Source: an uncultured delta proteobacterium (GTDB lineage: Bacteria > Myxococcota > B64-G9). Taken from it: a DNA stretch of 64,000 nt. A program made the translations under genes and the position numbers. How positions within the stretch are numbered: the stretch's first letter is position 1; every line of letters starts with the position of its first letter. The notes beneath the pieces were generated by a model. That model worked only from the letters and a program-made list of their open reading frames with translations. It did no database searches and was not told where the DNA came from. Below are positions 29,439 through 39,359 of the stretch, piece after piece. The stretch is taken from contig CAVWHX010000004.1 in assembly GCA_963754925.1 (NCBI GenBank), forward strand, positions 544,001 through 608,000, written 5' to 3'.

Positions 29439-30401
29439 CTAGGTCTCTCTAATCTTCTTAAGAATATAGTTAGACCACGTCACCCACTTTTTCGAAAGGG
29501 ACCTATCTTCTTCGAAGACTAGTGCTGCAATACGGCACCGATCGAAAAGAATACCGCCATGCACGCATGTTTGAAACCAGTTCTTTTTATCTACCCTGTG
29601 CGGAACAAAAAAAGCTCGAACAGGCCACACGCTTGGTCTATCTGCCATCCATAATGTGCACCAATCCGTAGTCTGCGGTAATTCAGTCACTTTGCGATCC
29701 CAGTTATGTCCAGTGGCACACTGGCCAAAAGCGATCAGTTTGCCCTGCCGTCGGTCCTCAAATTCACGCCAGGCAACTACATCAAGTTTTCCATCCTTTT
29801 GATCGGGAAGCTTGGGGCGACCTGTGTGGTGTCCTTTACCTTCACCCATATGACTGCAAAGCTGGTTAAGCGCCGCCGCAAATCCTTTAGGTTCAAGTCT
29901 GCGCGGGAATCCGAAAACTATTGATCGCACTCTCGGGCTAGGCCCCCCAAGGTATGCTTCAGCTGCTTTGGCGCATATCTCTTCGAAAATTTTCTCACCA
30001 TCCAAGTCGTTCGGACCTACATCCTTACCGAACCATGAAAGCAGCGCCAGGAAGGTGTAAAGGCTCTTTTCCGGGTCCTTATGGTAAGCGACTGTACTCT
30101 CGCTTATGATAAAAGGATATCGGCTAGCATCACAACCACAGGACCTGTTTCGGTCATCCAATTCAGCAAAAGCGCCTTCTGCTAGTGCTTCCTGTCCAGG
30201 ATCACCCTCTTCTGGCTCTTTTTTGTCTTTGTCTTTGTCTTCGCCTTCTACTTCCTCACTAGCACAAGCAAGGTTGAGTTCACGCATATACTCGTAAATT
30301 GAAAAGCTACCCGCCGGACTTCGAAGTGCTGATAGTTCAAGGAAATCTGCGTGGTCTTCCACTGGGTCTGCTGCTGAAGGCAAGGTATCTACTTCTATCA
30401 T
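29439..30401 (-). CDS. Hypothetical protein with a PD-(D/E)XK/Mrr-like nuclease signature
   Basis: FEEIC...KDGKLDVVAW...IAFGQCATG resembles the E..D..QxK-type REase core; acidic helical N-terminus. Confidence 0.55.
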   Translation of the reverse strand: MIEVDTLPSAADPVEDHADFLELSALRSPAGSFSIYEYMRELNLACASEEVEGEDKDKDKKEPEEGDPGQEALAEGAFAELDDRNRSCGCDASRYPFIISESTVAYHKDPEKSLYTFLALLSWFGKDVGPNDLDGEKIFEEICAKAAEAYLGGPSPRVRSIVFGFPRRLEPKGFAAALNQLCSHMGEGKGHHTGRPKLPDQKDGKLDVVAWREFEDRRQGKLIAFGQCATGHNWDRKVTELPQTTDWCTLWMADRPSVWPVRAFFVPHRVDKKNWFQTCVHGGILFDRCRIAALVFEEDRSLSKKWVTWSNYILKKIRET

Positions 30402-30409
30402 TACAGACT

Positions 30410-31543
30410 TTACCCCTTGGACTTGTGTTTCTCTGAGGCCTTGTTTTCAGCCATCTCTCTCATTTCTTCATAGATCTTACCCGCAATTTGGTTGATATCT
30501 TTGGCTTTCTGAAGCAAATCCGAGTCGCCCCGGTAACCAGTAATAATCACTCCTCTGGCCTCTTTGAGTTTCTGCTCGGCCAGGACCATTGCTTCCCGCA
30601 GAAGCCGTTCATCTCCTCGACTTGCCTTCAATGAGGTTTCTAATGGTAATCCTGCACGGAGCGCTGCGATTCCGTTATGGCTCCGAATGACCTCGTCGAG
30701 ATGTCGAAGATCCGGATTCTGCGTGCGAACGACAGGCTCCTTCTCCTGCTTCTTGCTACCGTAAAGCCACAAACATAGCTCGCCAAGGTTGCTCAACTTG
30801 CTCTTGGGCACAGGGTCAGGTTTGTATCCCTCTTCCGATTTTAGTCCCAGAAACTCCTGAATCCCTCCGTAACCAAGACCAGTCCAGAAATGAGAATAGG
30901 CAAAACGGGTGTTCCACCTGTCGTCACGATCGAAGACACCAGTCTTCTCTGCTTGTTCTAGTACCATGAGTCCTCGGTAAAGCCTTGTCACCGTGTCATG
31001 ACGATCGCCAATTGTGTATGCGATTTTTTTAAGGGGCACTTTGTAATCGTTGTGGACTCTCGCAATGTATTTTGCTTTGGCAATGGAGTCCCAATCTTGC
31101 GGACCATTGACATGCTTGAATCCGATGTACTGCCAAACGTCCTGGCGACTACACTTGATGACCGGAAGCTCCTTAAGTTTATCTAATTCTGCTTTGTTCA
31201 GGTCTGGTATGCCCACCGCACCTATCCTTGAACGGAGGCCTTTTTCGTTGATTAGGAGCATCACTGCGGCTAAGCGCCTGTTACCCTCAACCACAACAAG
31301 TCTCCCACCTTCATTGACGGCAAATAATTCCTCGTGCGGCCAATAGCCATTTGTGGCAATCGAGTCCACAAGTTCATTGACCGCACGTTCCTTCCACAGG
31401 ACCCGTAAAATATCAGCTTGTTGGTCAATAGAAAGCGACAATCCAGCCATTCTGGGATTAGTTGGGTCGAGATAGAGATCAGCAGTTTTCACTGGCTCTG
31501 CTTGGGGAAAGGCTTGAGGCTTCCCGTTGCCTTTTTTTACCAT
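30410..31543 (-). CDS. ParB/Srx-like N-terminal domain protein with HTH
   Basis: LDPTNPR, LVDSI..NGY, VVVEGNRRLAA (GxxR motif), H.NG..DW and HTH-like LKKIAYTIGDRHDTVTR. Confidence 0.8.
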   Translation of the reverse strand: MVKKGNGKPQAFPQAEPVKTADLYLDPTNPRMAGLSLSIDQQADILRVLWKERAVNELVDSIATNGYWPHEELFAVNEGGRLVVVEGNRRLAAVMLLINEKGLRSRIGAVGIPDLNKAELDKLKELPVIKCSRQDVWQYIGFKHVNGPQDWDSIAKAKYIARVHNDYKVPLKKIAYTIGDRHDTVTRLYRGLMVLEQAEKTGVFDRDDRWNTRFAYSHFWTGLGYGGIQEFLGLKSEEGYKPDPVPKSKLSNLGELCLWLYGSKKQEKEPVVRTQNPDLRHLDEVIRSHNGIAALRAGLPLETSLKASRGDERLLREAMVLAEQKLKEARGVIITGYRGDSDLLQKAKDINQIAGKIYEEMREMAENKASEKHKSKG

Positions 31544-31717
31544 ATAATAATTCCTTATCCTAAAGAACTAGTCCTTGGCCACATGAACTCAATTACGTTA
31601 GCTGCTTCATCTTGTTTAATATTCAATAGACCACTCACCAATAACTATGTCAACTGAATGCTTCCAGCACAAGATAGCACATCTGATACGATCCATTGAA
31701 CGGGTACACACCTGCGT

Positions 31718-33040
31718 TCAGATTTCCTTGCCGAGCTCTTCCTCTTCTTCGTGATCGGCAATCTCGATGACGCGATCCCCCTGGCTATCGGCCGCCGGCA
31801 GTTCCTGCACCTTGCGCAGTTTGCGCTCAATCGCCCGGCTGCGCGTAGCTGCTTCCCCAACGACGTTGCTTGCCTCCTGCAACTTCTTCTGAACTTTATC
31901 AATCACTCCGCCAAACTTACCGAATTCGCCCTTGACCTCCTCAAGCACTTTCCAAACCTCACTGGAACGCCTTTGGATCGCGAGCGTCCGGAACCCGGTC
32001 TGCAGGCTGTTGAGCACCGCGGCGAGCGTCGTGGGCCCCGTCAGCAGCACGTGGTAGTCACGCTGGAGCAGTTCGAGCAATCCGGGCCGGCGCAGCACTT
32101 CGGCATACAGCCCTTCGGTCGGTAGAAACATCAGGGCAAAGTCGGTGGTGTTGGGTGGATCGAGATATTTATCGCGAATGTCTCGGGCATAACCCTTAAT
32201 ACACGCCTCCAGTCGCCGGGTCGACTCGTCAACCAGGCCAGCATTACCTTTTTCGGCGGCGTCGATCAACCGCTGGTAATCCTCCTGGGGAAACTTCGCG
32301 TCGATCGGCAGCCAAACCACCTGGCCTTCGCATTCGCTGCGGCCGGGCAGCTTGATGGCGTACTCGACCCGCTCGGAGCAACCACCCTTGGTAGCCACGT
32401 TCTGCCCGTACTGATCCGGGGCGAAGATTTGCTCGAGCAGGTTGCCCAGTTGGATCTCTCCGAAGGTGCCGCGAGTCTTGACGTTGGTCAGCACTTTTTT
32501 GAGATCCCCCACCCCGGCGGCCAGTGACTGCATCTCGCCCAATCCCTTGTGGACTTGCTCGAGTCGCTCGCTGACCAGCCGGAACGAATCGCTCAAGCGC
32601 TTCTCCAAAGTGCCTTGGAGTTTCTCATCCACGGTCTTACGCATCTCTTCGAGCTTCTTGGTGTTGTCCTCCTGTAAGGCCAGAAGACGCGCCTCGACGG
32701 TCGCTTTGAGCGTCTCCCCCCGTCCCTCCATGCTCCGGCTCATTTCTCCGAGAATACGTAGAACCGAGTCGTTGAAACCTTTGAGGGTGACGAGCACCTC
32801 CTCCCGCAGCTGCTTGAAGCTTCCGCCAAGTTCTTCGCGAAGGGCGCGCGATTGGCGATCGGCCTCTTCTCGAGCCTGGGAGGCCCGTTCACCGATCGCG
32901 CCTTCGATGCGCTCGAGGTCGCGTGCGTTGCTGTCGAGCCGAGAACCAATCTGAGAAAGCTCCTTTGACGGCAACCGCAGCAGGATCGCAACCAACAATC
33001 CAACCAGGACAACCAAAAGGATGACTGAAACGATGCTCAT
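31718..33040 (-). CDS. rmuC: DNA recombination protein RmuC
   Basis: N-terminal TM and coiled coil; NVKTRGTFGE, LPIDAKFP, FLPTEGLYAE, GPTTL and GFRTLAI. Confidence 0.93.
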   Translation of the reverse strand: MSIVSVILLVVLVGLLVAILLRLPSKELSQIGSRLDSNARDLERIEGAIGERASQAREEADRQSRALREELGGSFKQLREEVLVTLKGFNDSVLRILGEMSRSMEGRGETLKATVEARLLALQEDNTKKLEEMRKTVDEKLQGTLEKRLSDSFRLVSERLEQVHKGLGEMQSLAAGVGDLKKVLTNVKTRGTFGEIQLGNLLEQIFAPDQYGQNVATKGGCSERVEYAIKLPGRSECEGQVVWLPIDAKFPQEDYQRLIDAAEKGNAGLVDESTRRLEACIKGYARDIRDKYLDPPNTTDFALMFLPTEGLYAEVLRRPGLLELLQRDYHVLLTGPTTLAAVLNSLQTGFRTLAIQRRSSEVWKVLEEVKGEFGKFGGVIDKVQKKLQEASNVVGEAATRSRAIERKLRKVQELPAADSQGDRVIEIADHEEEEELGKEI

Positions 33041-33170
33041 AACGTCCAACACGAGAAACCTTCCTATGCGTATCAGCATTCAACCGGTATCATCGAGTGG
33101 CATTATAGCTGCATTTGATTTTTTGCATATCGATTTGATGATTAGGCCTACGAATGTTGCAAGCCGCTGG

Positions 33171-33533
33171 TTATTTCCAGAAGATCATTCTCATCGACAC
33201 TATCAGCAGTACTACGCCAAATATCTTTTTCAAGTGCTCGGTCTCGATATTCGTCGCGAGTTTCGCACCGAAATATCCCCCAACCAAAAAACCAGCCGCT
33301 ATTAACAGGGCAATCGGTATATTTACGTAACCGCTTTTGTAATACTCTAAGGCCGCAAAAAAGCCGATCGGCGGTATCATGGCGGCAAGCGTTGTGCCCT
33401 GCGCCTGATGCTGGTCAAAATGGAGAAATAGAACCATGGCCGGTATCATGATGATGCCGCCGCCAATGCCGATTAGTCCGCCGAGAACTCCACTACAAAG
33501 ACCAATAATGGTTGCTATCCAATACATATGCAC
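33171..33533 (-). CDS. TauE/SafE (TSUP) family membrane protein, single repeat
   Basis: GLIGIGGGIIMIP, QHQAQGTTLA and GGYFGAKLA. Confidence 0.85.
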   Translation of the reverse strand: MHMYWIATIIGLCSGVLGGLIGIGGGIIMIPAMVLFLHFDQHQAQGTTLAAMIPPIGFFAALEYYKSGYVNIPIALLIAAGFLVGGYFGAKLATNIETEHLKKIFGVVLLIVSMRMIFWK

Positions 33534-33566
33534 CTCGATCTGAAATGCTGATGTGCCGTCATGGGC

Positions 33567-35282
33567 TCATTTTTTTAAGGTATAGGCCAGCGCGTAACCT
33601 TCTCGGCGGTAGTCGCTCACTGCCCGATATTCGTCTCCCACAGCGAATACGCCATGGACATCGCCAATGAGCTCGTCTTTGTTCTGTATCGCATACCCCC
33701 TGGCGGAAAGACCGGACAGAAGCTCCGGGTCCAGGGGCGCCGCTTCGTGGGAGAGCGCATCTGGCCATCCTTGGTGGTGAAGCCTACTTTTTTGTACCGC
33801 TTCCTCTGGGGACATCCCGTGAACGATCGTCGCAATGAGGACAAACGCCAATGTCGTCGGAATCGTAGGCCCTCCCGGCGTGCCCAGGACCATCTCCACC
33901 CGATCGCCGTCTTCGACGAGGACCGGAGCCATATTGCTTGCCGGTCGTTTCCCGGGACCAAAAAGGTTTGGTTTGCTGCCGATAACGCCGAAATAGTTCT
34001 CCTTACCCTCCACGAAGGAGAACGAATCCATGCTTCCGTTGAGGAGGAATCCAGCACCCTCGACGCTCCATTTCGAGCCATATCGTAAATTCATGGTGTA
34101 TGAGTTGGAGACCGCGTTGCCCTCTGCATCAACCACGGAGAAATGGGTCGTGTCGTCGCTCGCGCCATGATTCTTATCTGCCACGACGGTTGGATCCTCG
34201 GAACGCAAACGGTGCAGAAGCACCTCGGTACCCGTGTCCTTGGTTCCATCAATGAAACGATACCGTTTTTCGGCATTGGCTCTGTCGAAAATGCCCCTAT
34301 AGACCATATTGGTATCAAGAGGGATGTCACCCAGGTAATCAAGGCGGTCGATAAACGCGATCTTCGCCGCCTGGGCCAAGTAGTGGTGGTAGTCAGGACC
34401 GCCAGGACGGAGGCGATAGAATTCGTCTCGGTCGAGTATAGCGAGAATTTCGATAAGCAGCGCGCCACCCGCTTCCGGTGGGACCGTCCATACTCGTTTC
34501 CCCCGAATGTCAATACCGACCGGGGCGACTTCGCGTATCGTATAGTTGGCAAGATCCGCGGCTTCCAAAAATCCGCCATTGGCCGAGAGATCGCCGATAA
34601 TCTGCTCGGCAATTCTGCCGCGGTAGAATGCCGTTTCTCCCTCCTTGGCAAGCACTTTCAACGTCCGAGCCAGATGCATGTTTTTAAGAATGTCACCGGG
34701 ACTGAAGGGATCGTACTTCGTATACACTCGCGCTGATTCAGGCGATGCCTTGAGTTTGGGGGCAAGCCGGTTGAGACAGTCAGCCTCATACTGCGTGACC
34801 AGGGCCCCGTCCTCGGCACGTCGTGCTATCGCAATCAGCAGGTTCTTGGCGTTAAGCTTTCCATACCGTCGCTGCAGGGCGAAAAACGCCTTGACGGTCC
34901 CGGGAACACACACGGATGTGGGTCCGTAGGCCGTCTTATTTGGGTCAGGAGATCCATCCGGCAGCAGAAACGCTTCGCGGGTCGCTCGGGCGGGCGACTG
35001 TTCGCGATAGTTGAATACTTTCGGCTGGCGCTCGTTGGTTACTTTAAAGAGCAGGTAGCCGCCACCGCCGATATTGCCGGCTTGAGGATGGAATACACAG
35101 AGCGAGAATGCCAGAGAAAATGCGGCATCGAAAGCATTTCCACCACTGCGGAGGACAGCAATGGCAAGCTCGGTTGCCTGTTTCGAAACCGAGGCGACAG
35201 CACCCTTGCCCTGGGCCGTGCTGACCCTTCCCGGCGTGCTCGTTGACAAATGAACGCGGAAATCGTTGTAGGTGGCGCTCAT
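33567..35282 (-). CDS. ggt: Gamma-glutamyltransferase family protein
   Basis: GGNAFDAA, GNIGGGG, VPGTV, autoprocessing DTTHFSVVDAEGNAVS, PGKRPASNM and GTPGG. Confidence 0.9.
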   Translation of the reverse strand: MSATYNDFRVHLSTSTPGRVSTAQGKGAVASVSKQATELAIAVLRSGGNAFDAAFSLAFSLCVFHPQAGNIGGGGYLLFKVTNERQPKVFNYREQSPARATREAFLLPDGSPDPNKTAYGPTSVCVPGTVKAFFALQRRYGKLNAKNLLIAIARRAEDGALVTQYEADCLNRLAPKLKASPESARVYTKYDPFSPGDILKNMHLARTLKVLAKEGETAFYRGRIAEQIIGDLSANGGFLEAADLANYTIREVAPVGIDIRGKRVWTVPPEAGGALLIEILAILDRDEFYRLRPGGPDYHHYLAQAAKIAFIDRLDYLGDIPLDTNMVYRGIFDRANAEKRYRFIDGTKDTGTEVLLHRLRSEDPTVVADKNHGASDDTTHFSVVDAEGNAVSNSYTMNLRYGSKWSVEGAGFLLNGSMDSFSFVEGKENYFGVIGSKPNLFGPGKRPASNMAPVLVEDGDRVEMVLGTPGGPTIPTTLAFVLIATIVHGMSPEEAVQKSRLHHQGWPDALSHEAAPLDPELLSGLSARGYAIQNKDELIGDVHGVFAVGDEYRAVSDYRREGYALAYTLKK

Positions 35283-35426
35283 GAAACCAACAAACTGCAC
35301 AAACAGGGGCTTGTCAAGCGGAGACCCTGGATATGCCTCGTTGGCTGTTTCCTGTTGACGGGCTCCTTTGAACAAACCTATTATCGGGCTTCAGCACAAA
35401 TACTCTTATGCAGGTGGAGGTGAAAA

Positions 35427-36290
35427 ATGAGAAACACAACGTTTGTCTTCGCGCTCGTTATTACTATCGTCGCCTCAGGCGTTACGCTCGCTCAATCACG
35501 GGGGCACCGCTGCGAACAGAAAAAGAACGACCTCAATACCTACACCTTACGACTATCCAGCCTCAATATTGAACTCGCCCCAATCGATCAGGAAATCGAC
35601 AGGCTCAACCGGCGCATTCAGGAATTACGTGAAGCCCAACAGCAAAAAATAAACGAACGCAATGCGTTGCAAGAATCTGTCCGCGCTTTGGAAGAGGATA
35701 TGGATCGCGTATGCCGACCGTATGAAGCCCGCGAATGCCTCGCGCTCGAGAACCGAGCCGACAACCTCAGGGGGCGGGCGCACCCGCTCAACGAGCGGAT
35801 GAACGCTATTCGCAACGATATCCAGAATCTCAACCAAGAAGTCGGCCGATCGAGCCGTGAGGCAGAGCGGATTGAGAACCAATATAATCAGCTTGGCTGC
35901 GGCAACCTCGTCCCCGGCCAAACCGCTCAGGCGACCATCGACCGGTGCTCGGACCTTTTCAGCGAATGGAACCGTTTGCAGGCCGATATCAACGCCGATC
36001 ACGCGTCGATCAATACCCTTCGCGGACGGTATGACCAGTTCGCCCGCGAACAGCAAACGCTCAGGTCCGAGGTCTCCCGCCTGGTTGCGGATATGCGCGC
36101 GAGGTGCCACGACAGCGAACGTCTTGGTGAATTAGAGGCCATCGATCGCGATCACAGCAACTTCATTATGCTCAAGACCGAGCTTGACGATATGGCCTCC
36201 CGAATCAACCGCTTCCGCATGTTGAAGATACTCAAGCCGAATGTGAAACCGCGCGACGATCAACGCGAGGCGCCGCATATCACCCCATAA
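35427..36290 (+). CDS. Secreted coiled-coil protein with spaced cysteines
   Basis: RBS GGAGGTG, signal peptide and heptad-rich sequence. Confidence 0.7.
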   Translation: MRNTTFVFALVITIVASGVTLAQSRGHRCEQKKNDLNTYTLRLSSLNIELAPIDQEIDRLNRRIQELREAQQQKINERNALQESVRALEEDMDRVCRPYEARECLALENRADNLRGRAHPLNERMNAIRNDIQNLNQEVGRSSREAERIENQYNQLGCGNLVPGQTAQATIDRCSDLFSEWNRLQADINADHASINTLRGRYDQFAREQQTLRSEVSRLVADMRARCHDSERLGELEAIDRDHSNFIMLKTELDDMASRINRFRMLKILKPNVKPRDDQREAPHITP

Positions 36291-36367
36291 AGCCACTAAG
36301 GAATGTTTTCCGCCGCGTTGACTGCCGCTGATTCTGAAAATCAAATTGAGCGCGGTTAAAGCCGCGG

Positions 36368-37321
36368 TCAGGCCATCTGCCACTCTGGCTGGATTGGGTT
36401 TGAATCAAGCGACGGGTTAATCACGTGCATGTCAGGGGTGACCCGAATGCGCACACAGTTGGATGCATCGGCTGCAAGTCGGCGAACCAACGTTCGATGG
36501 AGCGCGTGTCCCGATTTGTGGGCCACCACCCTTCCTAACAGCACCCCGCCTAACAATGCCAAGTCGCCGAGGATGTCGAGCACTTTATGGCGGACGAATT
36601 CGTCCGGAAAGCGCAGGCCGCCCGGGTTGAGGATCGAAAATGAGTCAATAACAATAGCGTTGTCGAGCGAGCCGCCACGCGCCAACCCTGCTCGTTGCAA
36701 CGTTTCCACATCTTTGAGAAAGCCGAACGTGCGCGCCGGAGCGATCTCATTCTGGAACCCAACCGCATCATGAATGTACAGATGGCGTTGATCGCTGACC
36801 AGCGGATGATCGTAATCCAACCGACAGTCGATCTGCAGCCGGTGCGCGGGTCGCACGGCTATGAGCCGGTCGCCGTCGCGAACAGACACCGAGCGTCTCA
36901 AACACCATAAGGAACGCAATCGGTCTTGGCGACGGATACCCGCATCGTTAATGAGTTGAACAAAGGGCGTAGCGCTGCCGTCGAGGATGGGAACCTCTGA
37001 TCCACTGAGCACCACCCGGCAGTTATCCACCCCCATGCCCAACAGCACCGCCAGCAGATGTTCGACCGTGGACACCCGCACGCCGTTTGTTTCCAAGGTC
37101 GTACACAGCTCCGATTCTCTAATAGAACGCGGGCAGCATTTCACAATCGGTCGACCCGGCAGGTCCGCCCGTTCGAAGACGATCCCGGTATCCTCCGGCG
37201 CAGGCCCCAGTTGAAACTCGATACTCTTACCACTATGCAATCCGACGCCCTGCGTCCCGGTCCAATTTTTCAGCGTGTGTTGATTGCAATAGCTTTCAGG
37301 TGAGTCAGAGCGTTTATCCAT
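36368..37321 (-). CDS. lpxC: UDP-3-O-acyl-GlcNAc deacetylase
   Basis: GVGLHSG, TVEHLL, EVPILDGS, ARTFGF, HKVLDILGDL and KSGH. Confidence 0.95.
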   Translation of the reverse strand: MDKRSDSPESYCNQHTLKNWTGTQGVGLHSGKSIEFQLGPAPEDTGIVFERADLPGRPIVKCCPRSIRESELCTTLETNGVRVSTVEHLLAVLLGMGVDNCRVVLSGSEVPILDGSATPFVQLINDAGIRRQDRLRSLWCLRRSVSVRDGDRLIAVRPAHRLQIDCRLDYDHPLVSDQRHLYIHDAVGFQNEIAPARTFGFLKDVETLQRAGLARGGSLDNAIVIDSFSILNPGGLRFPDEFVRHKVLDILGDLALLGGVLLGRVVAHKSGHALHRTLVRRLAADASNCVRIRVTPDMHVINPSLDSNPIQPEWQMA

Positions 37322-37493
37322 TCGGCACCACAACAATCCCCGAGCAACATCAAGGTTTTTGAAATAAAAGAAATCTGCTATAGTTCGTTCCCATATTCAA
37401 CAAAATACAATAAATATTTTTTAGCTTTTCACTATACCATAATAGTCCGGTCGTATCAACTCCTCATTTACAAAACAGGCCAGCGTTTTTTTA

Positions 37494-37510
37494 AGCAAAG
37501 CTTATGCCAG
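37494..37510 (-). promoter_or_regulatory. Sigma54 promoter upstream of lpxC
   Basis: Minus strand CTGGCATAAGCTTTGCT is near-consensus; an inverted repeat TTGTCA-N8-TGACAA lies at 37622..37641. Confidence 0.7.
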
Positions 37511-37749
37511 CGCGTACATATCGACCATAAAAATCTTCAATTGTCAAGTCAAGTAGTTACATAACCGACGAAAGGTTTCCAGGCCTCAGGAATTGGCTAG
37601 AGTAATCAAAAAGCCACACTATTGTCAAAAAACTGTGACAAAATACCACTGTCCTGATTCATTGTCTTCTTCCGAGGGGTACCATGACGACCGTGTTGAG
37701 CGGATCAATTAACACCCATAGCACGTTCAGATTCTTTGTAGTCTTCTAA

Positions 37750-37883
37750 CCCCTTCTCGCTGCGCTTCGAGGGACAAGAGGTTGTAAGCCTCGCTTCACT
37801 CGGCAACAACCTCTAGCCCCTTCTCGCTGCGCTTCGAGGGACAAGAGGTTGTAAGCCTCGCTTCACTCGGCAACAACCTCTAG
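37750..37883 (-). repeat. TAGAG double-hairpin element, two exact tandem 67-bp copies
   Basis: 37750..37816 is identical to 37817..37883; stem AGAGGTTGT/ACAACCTCT. Confidence 0.9.
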
Positions 37884-39359
37884 CCAAACATGGGCTTCTT
37901 TCTGAAGCTGTGCTTCATCAAGGGGCATGTTTCTCAGCTCGCCTCGTCGACAAATTTGATCGTAGGTATTGGTGAGACAATCGCGGAACTTCAAGGTATC
38001 CTCGACAAAGGTTTTGCCCCAGCGAGTGCGATCGAGATTCGGGGACAATCCATGTACGAGCACCGCGTGGTAGTTTTCGAATGGTTCTCCGTCACCGTAC
38101 CGAAGCAGGTTATAGCTGGTCTGAAGGAAATACTCCGAGAATAGTTGCAAAATTTTCGGCACGTGCTGTTGCCTATTCGATAACAGCTGGTTACGTTCAA
38201 TCACCTCCGCAATCAAACGACGATAAATGCAGAGGTCTAGCCGCAGGCGGCTCGCCTGATTTTTATTGGCGAGAACGTGGTCGAAAAGTCGCGTTGCATC
38301 CACGTTCGATAGATAGACCTGAAGCAAGCGCCCCACGCAACCCTTGAGAAACTCATCAAGAATGGTGCGGCTTGATTCGATCGAACGCTCACGATCGCCA
38401 AACAATTTTGAACGCTGCAAGTCGATGGTCACCAGATGCTCGCCGAAGATCCGATTCAACTCAAGACGCAGATTCTCACTCATGGAACCGACAACCTCGC
38501 TCAACGACGGGTTTCCGGCGGCAGATTTCTCGGATAGTAAACGCAAAAAACCGGTGAGGGTGGTGGCCTCGGACTTGAACAACGTAAAAAGAATGAGCGA
38601 ACGTCGCGACAGATGGCTTTTGCCCTTACGGGGAACATAGCGGAGGTAGTGCAGCAAGCGCAGCAACGCCAAGAATATCTTTTCGACGTAATGACGTTCC
38701 TGGTGGTTCAAAATTTGGCGGAGCGCATCGAGTATCTCGACAATGCGGATGCGATCGTATTCCGGGCGAAACTCAAGTAACAGCAGTGGGTTGAAGAACC
38801 GATTGAAGGCAATCTCGCGCGTTACTATCTGACCGAAGTGATAAAACAAGGGATAGGGACTATACTCTCGCTTGAGCAAGGCATCGAGCACCTTCATCAG
38901 GTCGCGCAGACAGCGGTTAAGAAGAAACAAGCTCTCCTCGGGACGTTTTTGATCCAGGGAGTGACGCAGCAGCTGCAGGCGCACATAGTCGGGAGCGACA
39001 TGGTTTTCGATATAGCTTTGGAAGGCCAGTGAGCTTGCCAGGCCGCGATCGACCAATAATTGGGTTAACTGCGAGCAGCGGACGAGCGCGCCGCGCAGCA
39101 CTGCCAGCTCTTCAGAAAAGTCGCGCGTAATGGCGAGCTCGCGCTCGCCCAAAAACTGATTATGGAGGTTGAAGAAACAGCCAATTGCTCGTAGGTACAT
39201 CTCTAGCTCGAAGAGGGTTTCTTCCTTACGTTTCATGGTGAGCTGACGAAACCAGGTCTGACGGTCGACCTGGTAGCCTTCCCGTTGCCACTTTGAGTCC
39301 TTAGCCAGCTCGAATAGTAAATCGCGCACAAAGGATTGATTGTCGGTGGGATGGTGCAT
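37863..39359 (-). CDS. Hypothetical all-helical protein (498 aa)
   Basis: Long ORF with RBS GAGGGG, co-oriented downstream of ruvB; no recognised motif. Confidence 0.75.
   Translation of the reverse strand: MHHPTDNQSFVRDLLFELAKDSKWQREGYQVDRQTWFRQLTMKRKEETLFELEMYLRAIGCFFNLHNQFLGERELAITRDFSEELAVLRGALVRCSQLTQLLVDRGLASSLAFQSYIENHVAPDYVRLQLLRHSLDQKRPEESLFLLNRCLRDLMKVLDALLKREYSPYPLFYHFGQIVTREIAFNRFFNPLLLLEFRPEYDRIRIVEILDALRQILNHQERHYVEKIFLALLRLLHYLRYVPRKGKSHLSRRSLILFTLFKSEATTLTGFLRLLSEKSAAGNPSLSEVVGSMSENLRLELNRIFGEHLVTIDLQRSKLFGDRERSIESSRTILDEFLKGCVGRLLQVYLSNVDATRLFDHVLANKNQASRLRLDLCIYRRLIAEVIERNQLLSNRQQHVPKILQLFSEYFLQTSYNLLRYGDGEPFENYHAVLVHGLSPNLDRTRWGKTFVEDTLKFRDCLTNTYDQICRRGELRNMPLDEAQLQKEAHVWLEVVAE

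Noticed and set aside
30410..31543. Chromosome/plasmid partitioning ParB
   Set aside because: No parA, parS-like repeats or replication genes nearby; it is in an operon with an MTase instead.
28309..31633. AATAGACCA 9-mer on both sides of the ParB-MTase cluster (also at 3602) as a target-site duplication
   Set aside because: Short and in AT-rich DNA, with no terminal inverted repeats or recombinase; may be chance.
33040..33171. attC-like start (TAACCAGCGGCT on the minus strand) between the TauE-like gene and rmuC
   Set aside because: No convincing complementary right arm.
37750..37883. Possible CRISPR array
   Set aside because: Two identical 67-bp units with no unique spacers and no cas genes.
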